The notes beneath the pieces were generated by a model, which was not told where the DNA came from, did not search any database, and saw only the letters and a list, made by a program, of their open reading frames with translations. Of a stretch of 64,000 bases of DNA, positions 48,325 through 58,512 are shown in pieces. The position numbers and the translations under genes are program-made. Numbering within the stretch: the stretch's first letter is position 1; each line of letters starts with the position of its first letter. Source of the stretch: Patescibacteria group bacterium (GTDB lineage Bacteria; Patescibacteriota; Minisyncoccia; Moranbacterales; DUUL01); assembly GCA_034660175.1 (NCBI GenBank), contig JAYEIQ010000006.1, positions 10,201-74,200 of the forward strand, written 5' to 3'.

Positions 48325-48384
48325 TGTAACACCTCGCTTTCTAGATTTATTTTATTTTTATTTTTAACACAACTTTTTTGTTTT

Positions 48385-48987
48385 CTAAAAAAATAATGCG
48401 ATTTGCCTGACGAGGATTAATGATCCTGCTGCAATTGCTATCCCAATTATTGAATACTTCATTGCCTTTTTTGCATTCTCTGCCTGAGTAGTTCCTCCTG
48501 CAGCAGCCAAATACATGATGCCACTGACTGTTAGGCCGATTATAGCAAGCATGCCCAAAATTGACAATAAAAAGGAAAGTGCTCTTGTGACAATTTCTGC
48601 GATTGTTGGTGCGGCCGAAAGGTTGGTGGGAATTGTTGTAGTTGGGCTACCATAGATGATTATTTGGATTTCTCGCAGAAAAGATGGTCCCGCCATGGCA
48701 AGCGCAAATCCAACAATAGCTCCTATCATGCACATTTTCGCAGCTGTGACCAGGGATGAGTTTCCTGCTGAAGAAATATAGAGAACTCCCGCAATGACAA
48801 GAAATAAAACAGAAAGAAAGGCGATGACTCCTTGTAGATGTGAAAGAATTGACTGGAAAAAGCCGGTTATTGTTCGATTTGCCATGAAATTAAATGACAC
48901 AGAGGCATGTGCAAAATCACTTGTAAAGAAAAGTGCACTAAACAAAAAAGCAAAGGATGATATTCCGATAATTGTCTTTCTTTTCAT
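48385..48987 (-). CDS. Tandem double VirB2-like pilin
   Basis: YISSAGN..AAK and YLAAAGG..AENAKKAMKYSIIG. Confidence 0.78.
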   Translation of the reverse strand: MKRKTIIGISSFAFLFSALFFTSDFAHASVSFNFMANRTITGFFQSILSHLQGVIAFLSVLFLVIAGVLYISSAGNSSLVTAAKMCMIGAIVGFALAMAGPSFLREIQIIIYGSPTTTIPTNLSAAPTIAEIVTRALSFLLSILGMLAIIGLTVSGIMYLAAAGGTTQAENAKKAMKYSIIGIAIAAGSLILVRQIALFF

Positions 48988-49064
48988 AAAACAGTTTTTA
49001 TATTTCTGATTTAATTATAACACATAATTATCCAGGTAAACAAAAGGAGAGACATGCTCCTTTT

Positions 49065-49706
49065 TTAACTTAGTAGTGCAATTACCTGTTTGAGGATGAT
49101 CAAAGAAGCTCCCGCTATGGTTACTGCAAGGATGCTATAGAACATCATGCGCTTGGCAGTTTCGGCGCGCGATGTGTCGCCACCAGCAGAAATATACATT
49201 ATTGCAGAAACAACGAATCCTATAGTTGCTAAGACTCCAATGATTGTAAGAGCAAAGTTCATGATATTCTCAATGATTGTTGCAACAGGGGTCGCTGTTG
49301 AGATCAAACCGGGTCCTCCACCAACTCCACCCGCAGCTATATCCCTGATTTCTCTGAGCAACGATGGGGCGGCAACTGCAATCGCAAAGCCAACAAGTGC
49401 AAAAGTGATGATTGTTTTTGCCAAAGAGACTTGACTTGAATGTCCACCTGATGTGATATAAACAACACCGCCAATCACAATCATAATCACGGCTAACCAA
49501 CCAACAATGCCCTGAACACTGGCTAGAAAATTTGACAGAAGACCGGTGAAACTGTTGACTGTTAGTGGGTTTGGATAGTTTGGTCCAGCGATTGCAAGTG
49601 CTTCATTGAGCGGTATTGAAATCAAGATCAAAGAGAAAACAAAAACAAGAAAAGCGCTCATGGGAAGAATCTGTTTTGTTTTTCTGGATAGCCAGATAAT
49701 TTTCAT
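49065..49706 (-). CDS. Tandem double VirB2-like pilin
   Basis: NPL motif, YITSGG..LAK and YISAGGDTSRAETAKR. Confidence 0.78.
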   Translation of the reverse strand: MKIIWLSRKTKQILPMSAFLVFVFSLILISIPLNEALAIAGPNYPNPLTVNSFTGLLSNFLASVQGIVGWLAVIMIVIGGVVYITSGGHSSQVSLAKTIITFALVGFAIAVAAPSLLREIRDIAAGGVGGGPGLISTATPVATIIENIMNFALTIIGVLATIGFVVSAIMYISAGGDTSRAETAKRMMFYSILAVTIAGASLIILKQVIALLS

Positions 49707-49744
49707 ATTTTTTTGTTATGGAGAAATATTTTGATTGTAAGATG

Positions 49745-50266
49745 TCAAAATGCACTAGTTGTACTGCAGGTAAAAGAATACCAATTAGCACCTCTTCCTA
49801 ACATTGAATTGCTGTCCGGATTGGCTGACATAAAAAGCAGAAGAGCATATACGATTAACCAGCTTAAGAGAAAAATTGCAAAGCCAGTCAAGGTTTTGGT
49901 TATTACTCCTTTGGCAATTGATTTAAGATTGGTATTTCCAGAAGAAATAACATAGGTGACACCACCCACCGTTAACAAAAACAAAGAAGCAATGATCAGT
50001 AGAGAAAGTAACAGATCGTATATATTTTTCACTAAAATGATGAAATGACAAAGAGTACACGATTGCTGTCCTTCTGCTCCTGCACAGCTGTTGCGCATAC
50101 CACATGGTACAAGTGGATCATTCAGTGTCCAAAATCCGAAACTTGTTCCTTCTGATGGGCATTGAGCGGAGACAATTTGTGGATGCAAAAGAAACAAACA
50201 GAAAGAAAGAACGATCACAAATGAAATGAAAAGTGAGGAAAGTTTAGTTTTTTTTGTAGATGTCAT
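49745..50266 (-). CDS. Cys-containing VirB2-like pilin
   Basis: LVPCG..CTLCHF, YVISSGN..AKGVITKTLTG, FLLSWLIV. Confidence 0.75.
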   Translation of the reverse strand: MTSTKKTKLSSLFISFVIVLSFCLFLLHPQIVSAQCPSEGTSFGFWTLNDPLVPCGMRNSCAGAEGQQSCTLCHFIILVKNIYDLLLSLLIIASLFLLTVGGVTYVISSGNTNLKSIAKGVITKTLTGFAIFLLSWLIVYALLLFMSANPDSNSMLGRGANWYSFTCSTTSAF

Positions 50267-51639
50267 TTTTCTAGGTAGCTGTCTTTAATAATTAGGGCAT
50301 CAAATCTCGAAGATGCTGTGTCCAGGGCGTCGAGAGATGAAGCTTTTCCTGAAGTGACTTCATCGATCATTTCAACGAATATCTCTTCTACTGCTGAGTC
50401 GTCAGGTTGTTTCCATGTTTTGGCGGTGAGCGACTGATTTGCAAAAACTTCAAAAAACACATCCTCCTTTTGTTCTTCTACAAGGTCTCTTCTCGCTGCA
50501 GGTTTATTTGTTTTTTCAAGATAGTGCTGGGTTGCGTCAAATGTTTCACCAGCCAATGGAGGCAGAGTTACGAACTTGATATAGTCCCAAGCAGCTGCAA
50601 TGCGTTCCTCGTTGGTATAGTTTGCTTCTGCTGGAATTTCTCTATTTCTTGTAACTGCCATTCCCCAATACACACCATAATTAACTTTATTGTCTAGATC
50701 GAGTTGGGGGACTGGAGCGACGTCGAAATTAAGTTTTGGATCACTTTTGTTGAGGCGGTCTTTCCAGTATGAATAGTTGATCATCATAGCAACACGACCG
50801 AAGCGGAAACTGTCAATTGAATAATCCATTTTTGTATTCCATGTGTATACTTCAGAGCTTGCTTGTGAGAACTGAGTGTAGAAATTCAGAGCGTTCACAC
50901 CTGGATTTTCTGTTCCATGATTTGAAACGTTTATTGCTGAGAAGTTTTTGTCTCCTCTATTCATTTTTGAGCCACCCTGCATCATCATCAACATTAAAAT
51001 GTCAGATGACCTGTTGATAGCACCAGGATCTTTAGATCTTCCAAGCGCAATGGCCGAGCGTTCAATGTTACCATATTGATCGATCTTTGTTATGATCTTG
51101 GTTTGATCTCTGACTTCGCTCCATGTTTTTGGAGGTGAACTGATGCCTGATTGATTGAGCAAATCTTTGTTGTAATAAAGTGCAAGGGTGTCGTTATATA
51201 GTGGCATTGCATAGATCTGGTCGTCTTTCACAAAGTCTTCATAAGAGACATCAACAAATGAATTTTTGAACAGTGAAAGTTGTTTCTCGGACTCAGGAAG
51301 AGAAATGATCTTTTCTGAATGTTCAGGAAGCCAAGCACTGTTAAAGAAAACAATATCAGGCCCTTTTCCGCTTGCGAAAGCGTCTATTATCTCTTTTTCG
51401 AATTCTACTGGGTTTTGAGAGAGTTTTTTGTATTTAATTTGGGTTATATTTGGATTGATAATTTTGTACTCCTTGTTTATTCCATGAAATGCGTCAGAGT
51501 CATCAAATACACCCCACACCTCAAGGGATATCTTTTTTGCTCCTTTATCCTTTCTATCTTTGAAGCAACCTGAAAGAACAAAGGTCGCGATAACAAAGAA
51601 AAGGATGCTGATGACACCGAGAATTTTTTTTTGTTTCAT
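50263..51639 (-). CDS. Extracellular solute-binding lipoprotein (carbohydrate family-1-like)
   Basis: Lipobox LSGC, ASGKGPDI, DTLALYYNKDLL, PPKTWSE, FRFGRVAMMI. Confidence 0.85.
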   Translation of the reverse strand: MKQKKILGVISILFFVIATFVLSGCFKDRKDKGAKKISLEVWGVFDDSDAFHGINKEYKIINPNITQIKYKKLSQNPVEFEKEIIDAFASGKGPDIVFFNSAWLPEHSEKIISLPESEKQLSLFKNSFVDVSYEDFVKDDQIYAMPLYNDTLALYYNKDLLNQSGISSPPKTWSEVRDQTKIITKIDQYGNIERSAIALGRSKDPGAINRSSDILMLMMMQGGSKMNRGDKNFSAINVSNHGTENPGVNALNFYTQFSQASSEVYTWNTKMDYSIDSFRFGRVAMMINYSYWKDRLNKSDPKLNFDVAPVPQLDLDNKVNYGVYWGMAVTRNREIPAEANYTNEERIAAAWDYIKFVTLPPLAGETFDATQHYLEKTNKPAARRDLVEEQKEDVFFEVFANQSLTAKTWKQPDDSAVEEIFVEMIDEVTSGKASSLDALDTASSRFDALIIKDSYLEK

Positions 51640-51731
51640 TTTGTATTTTTGCTTTGAGTTATTTTCTGTTTTTAAAGCAATTCATGTTTTCTTTTCACAA
51701 GTTATTATACCACAAACGTTTCAAAAAATAA

Positions 51732-51760
51732 AAACACAGTCACCGATAGGTGACTGTGTT
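51732..51760 (-). terminator. Terminator after gyrA
   Basis: AAACACAGTCACC-GATA-GGTGACTGTGTTT. Confidence 0.7.
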
Positions 51761-51779
51761 TGCGCGCTGAATAAAAAAG

Positions 51780-54212
51780 CTACATAACTGTTGTCGCTGC
51801 GACTTTTTCGCCGCTTTTGAGTCTCATGATCTTGACTCCTTGAGTTGATCTTCCAAGAATAGAAATGTCTTTGACTGTGGTTCTGATGATCTGTCCTTTG
51901 TTTGAGCTAGCAATAAGATCTGTCCCTGAAACATCTTCTGTGACGTGAGCAGAAATCAGCCCACCGGTTTTTGAGGTGATGTTGGCTGTTTTGATCCCAC
52001 TTCCTCCTCTTGACTGAACTTTGTATTTTTTTAAGGAAGTTCTTTTGCCGTAGCCTTTCTCGCTGATGACTAGAAGTTCTGGTTTTTTATAGGAATTTCT
52101 AATCACGCTCATGCTGATCACAAAATCATCATTTTTAAGTCTGATCGCTCTGACGCCTGCGGCAGCTCGTCCCATTTGACGAACTTGGGATTCTTTAAAT
52201 CTAATTGATTGTCCATTTTTTGTTGCAATAATAAGGTCATCCTTTGATGAAGTTGTCTCGACCCAACCCAGAGAATCATCTTTTTGAAGTCGGATTGCAA
52301 TGAGACCGGATCGTCTAACCTTTTCAAAATCTTCCAATGGAGTTTTCTTTATTGTCCCATTTACCGTTTGCATGACCATATATCTTGCCTTTGAATCTTT
52401 CGGTATTGTTAGGATTGAGGTGATTTTCTCGCTTGGTGCAATTTGCAGGAAATTCACAATTGCCTGACCCTTGGCGGTTCTTGATGAGGTGGGAATTTCA
52501 TATGTTTTGAGAGAGAACACTTTTCCGGTGTTGGTGAAAAGGAACAACATGTCATGTGTCATTGAGCTGAGAACTTTGTCGACAGCATCACCTTTTTTTA
52601 TCGAACTACCTATCACTCCTGTTCCACCGCGTTTTTGTGTGCGAAAGGTGCCACAAGGGAGTCTTTTGATGTATCCATCTTCAGTCAATGAGATGATTGC
52701 TTCTTCGTTTGCTATAAGATCTTCTTGGGAAAAATCCCCAACAGCGCCTTTGATAATTGCTGTCTTTCTTGGTGTGCCATATTTCTCTTGCAACTCAAAG
52801 AGTTCTTTTTTTATTATGTTCAAAATCTTTTTAGGACTTTTCAGAATATCTTCAAGTTTTTTGATCAACTTTTTTTTCTCTTCAAGCTCATCTTCAATTT
52901 TCTTTCTTTCCAGTCCCGCTAGTGTCTGAAGTTTCATTTCCAGAATTGCTTCAGTCTGAAGGTCTGAAAGAGAAAAGTTTTTAATCAAATTATTGTGAGC
53001 TTCTTCTTTTGTTGGTGATTTTTTGATTGTTGATATGACTTTGTTGATATGATCAAGGGCTTTTTTTAGTCCTTCCAAAATGTGAGCACGTGCCTTCGCT
53101 TTGTTGAGTTCGAATTTCGTTCTTCTGGTGACGATGTTTTGTCTGTGAGAAACAAATTGTTCAATAATCGACTTCAAGTTAAGGATTCTTGGTTCAATCC
53201 CTTCAACAAGCGCAAGCATGTTGAGATGAAAAGTTTTTTGCAACTCTGTTGATGTATAGAGCTTGTTCAAGATTTTTTTTGGAAAGGCATCTTTTTTCAG
53301 GTCAATTACAATGCGGACTCCGTCTTTATCGGATTCATCACGCAGATCTTTGATTCCCATAATTTTTCCATCTTTCACAAGATCTGCAATTTTTGAGACC
53401 AAAGTTGATTTGTTTGTTTGATAGGTGATTTCAGTTATCACAATCTGAAACAAACCTCTCTTTGATTCTACTATATCTGTTTTTGCCCTCGTCACAAGGC
53501 CTCCTCGACCAGTTCTGTATGCTTCAACAATATCTTTTTGGTTGTATAGTGTTCCGCCAGTAGGAAAGTCAGGCGCTTTAATAAACTCAACTAGCTCTTC
53601 AATCGTTATTTCTTTGTTTTCGATATATGCAACAATTCCATCAACTAATTCAGAAAGATTGTGCGGAGGAATATTTGTTGCCATTCCGACTGCAATACCA
53701 ACGGTTCCATTCAAGAGCAATTGAGGAAATTTTGCTGGGAGAAATGATGGCTCTTTTCTTGTTCCGTCATAGTTGTCCACAAAATCAACCGTTTCTTTGT
53801 CAATATCAAAAAGCATTTCTTCTGCTAAAGCTCTCAGGCGTGCCTCTGTGTATCGCATAGCCGCAGGATTGTCACCGTCCATTGATCCAAAGTTTCCTTG
53901 TCCTTCGACAAGCATGTCTCGCAGAGAAAAGTCTTGAGCCATTCGCACCATTGCATAATAAACCGCACTATCACCATGAGGGTGGTATTTTCCCAAAACC
54001 TCTCCAACCACGGTTGCTGACTTGCGGAACTTTGCCGTGTGTTTGAGTCCCAGTCTCCACATTGCATAGAGAATTCTTCTATGGACTGGTTTGAGACCAT
54101 CTCGCACGTCTGGCAGAGCTCTTTGAACAATAACGCTCATTGCATATGACAAATAGGATTCCTCCATTTCTTGAGTGATTGGTCTTTTTTCAATTTTTCC
54201 GATTTCTTCCAT
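51780..54212 (-). CDS. gyrA: DNA gyrase subunit A
   Basis: [31 protein letters not shown], GyrA-box QKRGGTG, C-terminal pinwheel repeats. Confidence 0.97.
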   Translation of the reverse strand: MEEIGKIEKRPITQEMEESYLSYAMSVIVQRALPDVRDGLKPVHRRILYAMWRLGLKHTAKFRKSATVVGEVLGKYHPHGDSAVYYAMVRMAQDFSLRDMLVEGQGNFGSMDGDNPAAMRYTEARLRALAEEMLFDIDKETVDFVDNYDGTRKEPSFLPAKFPQLLLNGTVGIAVGMATNIPPHNLSELVDGIVAYIENKEITIEELVEFIKAPDFPTGGTLYNQKDIVEAYRTGRGGLVTRAKTDIVESKRGLFQIVITEITYQTNKSTLVSKIADLVKDGKIMGIKDLRDESDKDGVRIVIDLKKDAFPKKILNKLYTSTELQKTFHLNMLALVEGIEPRILNLKSIIEQFVSHRQNIVTRRTKFELNKAKARAHILEGLKKALDHINKVISTIKKSPTKEEAHNNLIKNFSLSDLQTEAILEMKLQTLAGLERKKIEDELEEKKKLIKKLEDILKSPKKILNIIKKELFELQEKYGTPRKTAIIKGAVGDFSQEDLIANEEAIISLTEDGYIKRLPCGTFRTQKRGGTGVIGSSIKKGDAVDKVLSSMTHDMLFLFTNTGKVFSLKTYEIPTSSRTAKGQAIVNFLQIAPSEKITSILTIPKDSKARYMVMQTVNGTIKKTPLEDFEKVRRSGLIAIRLQKDDSLGWVETTSSKDDLIIATKNGQSIRFKESQVRQMGRAAAGVRAIRLKNDDFVISMSVIRNSYKKPELLVISEKGYGKRTSLKKYKVQSRGGSGIKTANITSKTGGLISAHVTEDVSGTDLIASSNKGQIIRTTVKDISILGRSTQGVKIMRLKSGEKVAATTVM

Positions 54213-54366
54213 AAAAAAGTATTAAGGTATTACAAGTGATAATCCCCTCCAATTAAACGATAACGATAAAGAAACGTTAGAATTGCAAGTCAAGCGTTGC
54301 AATTAATGTTGGTCAAACGATATTTTTTGATTGACCAAAAAAGTGTTCAAATCTAACTTTTTCTTT

Positions 54367-54681
54367 TCACCAAAATTTCCAAAAAGGTTTTTCTTCTTCT
54401 GTCATTTCAGTTTCATCAGTTGACTCTCCTTCTGATCCTGCGCTATGGTTCTTTACTAGTTCTGTGGTGACTGACTCGCTTTGTCTGAGGGAAGGAAGGT
54501 TTTTTTCAAACTCCTGAGCCATCTTGGTTTGATCTTGACTGTAAGGATTAAAGGCTTCACGAATGTTGAAATTTGCGATTATTAACCAAGCAGAGAAGAT
54601 GAACAATCCAATGATTAATGTTGCAACATAGGCTACTCTTTGTCTGTAATGTTCTGATTTTTCGAGGATTCTCTTCATCAT
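54367..54681 (-). CDS. Small membrane protein
   Basis: Single TM, ends KPFWKFW. Confidence 0.6.
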   Translation of the reverse strand: MMKRILEKSEHYRQRVAYVATLIIGLFIFSAWLIIANFNIREAFNPYSQDQTKMAQEFEKNLPSLRQSESVTTELVKNHSAGSEGESTDETEMTEEEKPFWKFW

Positions 54682-54732
54682 TTGATTGGGTTTAAGTTAT
54701 TAGTTTTATATTTTTAATATTTTTCTATCAAA

Positions 54733-55392
54733 TTAACTATTTACAATGTTTAAAATTACAAGTTTGTTTTCAATATCTTCGAGGTCCTTTTTTTTGATGT
54801 TGAGTTTTGACTCGCCATTTGTTTTTGTTCCGAATTCTTTGCAAAAAGCTTTTTCATCTTCTATGTCAACTTTCAAACCTTTGACCTTGTAATGCATAGG
54901 GATTATGATCTTTGGTTCCAGTTGCCCGACGACTTTTTCTGCTTGCTCGGCGTCAATTGTATAAACCCCACCAACAGGAATCATCAAAACATCTATCTTT
55001 CCAATTGCTTCAACTTGAGATTCGCTCAAAAGATGTCCAAGATCACCCAAGTGACAGATTTGCAAATCCTCGCTTTCAATCACAAAAATTGTATTTCGTC
55101 CTCTTTCAGAACCTTTGGAGTTGTCGTGAAAAGAATCAAATCCCTCAATGTGGACGTTTTTGATCGAATATTCTCCGGGTGCATTGACTTCAAAGAAGTC
55201 TCCTTTGAGTAGCGAAGTATTGTTGTGGTCGCTGTGAGAGTGAGACACTGTCACAATATCAGCTTGTCCTTGTGGTGGACGAAGTCCAACTGACTTATCG
55301 AACGGATCTGTAAAAATAATGACTTCTTCATTGCCTCGCTTTGGTTTTGTTTGAATTTTAAAACATGAGTGACCATACCAAGAAATATTCAT
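54733..55392 (-). CDS. MBL-fold metallo-hydrolase
   Basis: WYGHSCF, TDPF, SHSHSDH, HLGDLG, IPVGG, IPMHY. Confidence 0.92.
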   Translation of the reverse strand: MNISWYGHSCFKIQTKPKRGNEEVIIFTDPFDKSVGLRPPQGQADIVTVSHSHSDHNNTSLLKGDFFEVNAPGEYSIKNVHIEGFDSFHDNSKGSERGRNTIFVIESEDLQICHLGDLGHLLSESQVEAIGKIDVLMIPVGGVYTIDAEQAEKVVGQLEPKIIIPMHYKVKGLKVDIEDEKAFCKEFGTKTNGESKLNIKKKDLEDIENKLVILNIVNS

Positions 55393-55558
55393 ATCTTTTT
55401 CTTTTTTAGTTCAAGCTACTTATCCCTCCAAATGAAGTCAGATCTTTGTTGAAGATGCTCTTTTATTACTATCTAATCTTATCATATTCAAGTCAGGTTG
55501 TCTATCGGGTATTTTACTGAAAAAGCCTTTTGGCACGGATAAACTATTGTCTCAAATG

Positions 55559-55587
55559 TTGACTTTTCTTGGATAAAAAAGTAGAAT
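55559..55587 (+). promoter_or_regulatory. Promoter of tRNA-Pro
   Basis: TTGACT-17 nt-TAGAAT. Confidence 0.6.
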
Positions 55588-55624
55588 GTCAAGAGTCAGA
55601 TTTCATTTGTCAAATGACCGAAAA

Positions 55625-55698
55625 CGGAGTGTGGTGTAGCGGTAGCACGAGCGCTTTGGGAGCGTTTAGTCTGGGTTCGACTCCCAGCACTCCGACCA
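55625..55698 (+). tRNA. tRNA-Pro(TGG)
   Basis: CGGAGTG/CACTCCG, AGCGC-TTTGGGA-GCGTT, GGTTCGACTCC. CCA encoded. Confidence 0.95.
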
Positions 55699-55785
55699 AA
55701 TTCGGCTCTGATTCCCAGGGCTTTTTTTGTTGATTTTTTTGTGTCGTGTTGTATTATTGCCCAACAAGTTCTCACCATTTAAAAT

Positions 55786-57039
55786 TTACTTTTCTGCAGC
55801 GTTGGTTCCAGCAGCAAAGCCTGTGCTCCAACAAATCTGAAGATTGAAGCCGCCAGTTGGTCCATCCAAGTCCAAAATTTCTCCGGCAAAAAATAAGTTC
55901 TCTATTTTTCGTGAACGCATCGTCTTGGAATCGACTTCACGGAGATCAACTCCGCCACTAGTAATGATAGCCTGATCGAAACCTGCAAGTTCTTTCACTT
56001 CGAAGGTCAGTTCCTTCAGAAGATGTGCAATCTTCTTTCTTTCGGTTTTGTCTATCGAGTGAAGTTTTTTGTCTGGTTTTATTTGAGAAAGTTTGATGAA
56101 TACGTCAATCATTTTTTTTGGCAATAAAGAGGGCAGATAGTTTTTGAAATCTTTTTTAGCCTCAGTTTCTAAGTCTCTTTGTAGTCGTTTGTCTAGTTTT
56201 GTCCAGTCTAAAGCTGGTTTGAGGTCTATTTTCACAAGAACTTTTCCTTTTCTCAGAAGCTTTCCAATTTCTTTGCTCACATCAAGAACAATTGGACCGC
56301 TGATTCCTTGGTGAGTGAAGAGCATTTCACCGAAACGAGATTGTCGTTTTTTGTTGTCTTGAAAAACATTCAATTGCACATTTTTCAGTGAGAGTCCTTG
56401 CAATTGCTTTGCCCAAGACCCTTTTGTCACAAGTGGCACAAGAGCGGGGGATGGGGGAATGATTGTGTGGCCAAGTTTATTTGTCCATTCATATCCATCA
56501 CCAGTTGATCCAGTCGAGGAATAGCTTTTTCCTCCAGTGCAAATAATGAAATTTTTTGCACAAATTTTTCCTTTTGCAAAGTTCACGCTTTCGATCTTTT
56601 CATCTTTTGTGCTCAATTCCTTGATCTTTTTTCCGCTTTTGATCTCCACATTGAATTTTTGAAGATTGTTTCTGAGCACATCAACAACATCATTTGCATT
56701 ATTGCTGACAGGGAACACTCTTCCGCCACGTTCAGTTTTTGTTTCAAGTCCATTCTGCTTGAAAAAGGTTGTCACATCTTTTGGTCCAAAATTGTTTAAA
56801 GATGAGAAAAGAAATTTTCCATTTTTTCCCAATTTTGATATGAAATCTTGATCAGAATATTTAGCGTTGGTAATGTTGCAGCGTCCTTTTCCAGTCATGA
56901 GCAGTTTTTTTCCAAAAAGTCTGTTTTTTTCGATCAAAACAACGCTTGCACCAAGTTTTGCAGCACGTATTGCGGCCATCATTCCTGCGGGTCCTGCTCC
57001 AATAACAGCGACATCAAATTGTTTGTTTGTTGTTTTCAT
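55786..57039 (-). CDS. HI0933/BaiN/YhiN-family flavoprotein
   Basis: GAGPAG, GKKLLMTGKGRCNITN, GEMLFTHQGISGP, GEILDLDGPTGGFNLQ. Confidence 0.92.
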   Translation of the reverse strand: MKTTNKQFDVAVIGAGPAGMMAAIRAAKLGASVVLIEKNRLFGKKLLMTGKGRCNITNAKYSDQDFISKLGKNGKFLFSSLNNFGPKDVTTFFKQNGLETKTERGGRVFPVSNNANDVVDVLRNNLQKFNVEIKSGKKIKELSTKDEKIESVNFAKGKICAKNFIICTGGKSYSSTGSTGDGYEWTNKLGHTIIPPSPALVPLVTKGSWAKQLQGLSLKNVQLNVFQDNKKRQSRFGEMLFTHQGISGPIVLDVSKEIGKLLRKGKVLVKIDLKPALDWTKLDKRLQRDLETEAKKDFKNYLPSLLPKKMIDVFIKLSQIKPDKKLHSIDKTERKKIAHLLKELTFEVKELAGFDQAIITSGGVDLREVDSKTMRSRKIENLFFAGEILDLDGPTGGFNLQICWSTGFAAGTNAAEK

Positions 57040-57049
57040 ACAGGTTGTT

Positions 57050-57204
57050 TGTTGAGTGGTTGTTGTTTCACAAAAACTTTAGATACTGGTCGCTCCAGCA
57101 TGTTGAGAGTGAAGCAAAGAATAAGTTTAGATGTATTTTTGTGATAATGCAAGCTTTTCTATTATTCACTCTAAAAGTTGTTGCTCAGCAACAACTACTC
57201 AACA
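57050..57204. repeat. Dispersed structured repeat, copy 2 (CTGGTCGCTCCAG family)
   Basis: Outer stem TGTTGAGTGGTTGTTG/CAACAACTACTCAACA. Core shared with 26602-26759. Confidence 0.6.
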
Positions 57205-57268
57205 TCATAATAATCAGAAAGTTCTCGAAGAGATTTCTCTGTTTGGTTCTGTGAATAGAGTACCTGGA

Positions 57269-58267
57269 CTAAATTACAAATCCCAATTTTTCTTTCACTT
57301 CTTTCATCTTCTGCTCTGCTTTTGGCGCCAAATGTTCTGTTCCTTGTTCCAGGATCATTTTGACGTCTGCGTCAGGAATCTCATGATATGTTTTTTGGAA
57401 AGGTGAAATGAATTCGATCACTGCCTGAGCCAGGCTTTCCTTGAAATCACCATATCCTTTTCTTTCAAATTCTTGTGCAATATTTATTGGTTGTGAATTT
57501 GTCACCAAGGCAAAGATGTTCAGTAGATTTTTGATAGCGGGTTTATCATCGGAATATTCAATTTCACTTCCACTGTCGGTGACTGCCTTTTTGATCTTTT
57601 CTCTGATCTCATCTGGGCTGTCCAACAGATTAATTTTGTTATATTTGGAATCAGCTGATTTGGACATTTTGTTTTTTGGGTTATCAAGGCCCATGATGCG
57701 CATTCCTTCTTTGACCACGTGAACTTCAGGGATAACAAAAGTATCACCAAAATTGTTGTTGAATCTTTTGGCCAATGTGCGAGCAATTTCTACATGTTGA
57801 GTTTGGTCTTCTCCAACAGGGACCAAATCTGTATCATGTAAAATGATGTCAGCTGCCATGAGCACGGGATAATTTAGGAGACCTGCGGGCACACTTTTTC
57901 CGCTAGTTTTGTCTCTGGAGCCGGTTTTGTCTTTAAATTGGGTCATTTTGAATAATTCTCCGGTTTTGGTAATTGTGTTGAGGATCCACATTAATTCGCT
58001 GTGTTGGGGGAGATGAGATTGAACAAAAATAGTGGCTTTGTCTGGATCGATGCCTGCAGCCAAATATATTTTTGCAACTTCAATTGTTTTCTTTTCCAGC
58101 TCTTGGGGGTCTTGAGGGACAGTGATCGCGTGCAAATCACCAACACAAAAAACTGACTTGTACTCATCTTGTAACTTCACCCAGTTTTTGATCGCACCGA
58201 GATAGTTGCCAATGTGCAAATTTCCGGAAGGCTGAACACCGGAAAAAATTCTTTTTTGATCTGTCAT
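57269..58267 (-). CDS. trpS: Tryptophan--tRNA ligase
   Basis: SGVQPSGNLHIGNYLGA, YPVLMAADI, VPVGEDQ.QH, KMSKS. Confidence 0.97.
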   Translation of the reverse strand: MTDQKRIFSGVQPSGNLHIGNYLGAIKNWVKLQDEYKSVFCVGDLHAITVPQDPQELEKKTIEVAKIYLAAGIDPDKATIFVQSHLPQHSELMWILNTITKTGELFKMTQFKDKTGSRDKTSGKSVPAGLLNYPVLMAADIILHDTDLVPVGEDQTQHVEIARTLAKRFNNNFGDTFVIPEVHVVKEGMRIMGLDNPKNKMSKSADSKYNKINLLDSPDEIREKIKKAVTDSGSEIEYSDDKPAIKNLLNIFALVTNSQPINIAQEFERKGYGDFKESLAQAVIEFISPFQKTYHEIPDADVKMILEQGTEHLAPKAEQKMKEVKEKLGFVI

Positions 58268-58512
58268 TTTAAGAGTCCTTTATTTGTTTAATAAAAACTT
58301 ACTGAGTTGTTGATTTTTTCTTTGTTGATTTCGTTTTAATCGTGACGACAAATTTACGCTCAATCAAATAAAGAAAAAACAACAAATCAGTGACTAAAGA
58401 CGTGGAGACAAACATTTATATTCTAATCATAATAAACTTGTTGTCGTTTTGCAACAAAACAGTTCATTTTAGGGATTGGTTGTGTTACAATAATATCGAA
58501 ACTAACACATAT

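Larger units (their letters stand above)
47348..48353. repeat. Tandem duplication, period 521 bp
   Basis: 47348-~47832 matches 47869-~48353. The only difference seen is 2 nt just past the stop codon. Confidence 0.92.

Noticed and set aside
58305-58385. Imperfect palindromes upstream of trpS (and upstream of gyrA, about 54255-54340) as T-box or riboswitch
   Set aside because: No T-box or other recognisable consensus. Low-complexity AT-rich pairing only.
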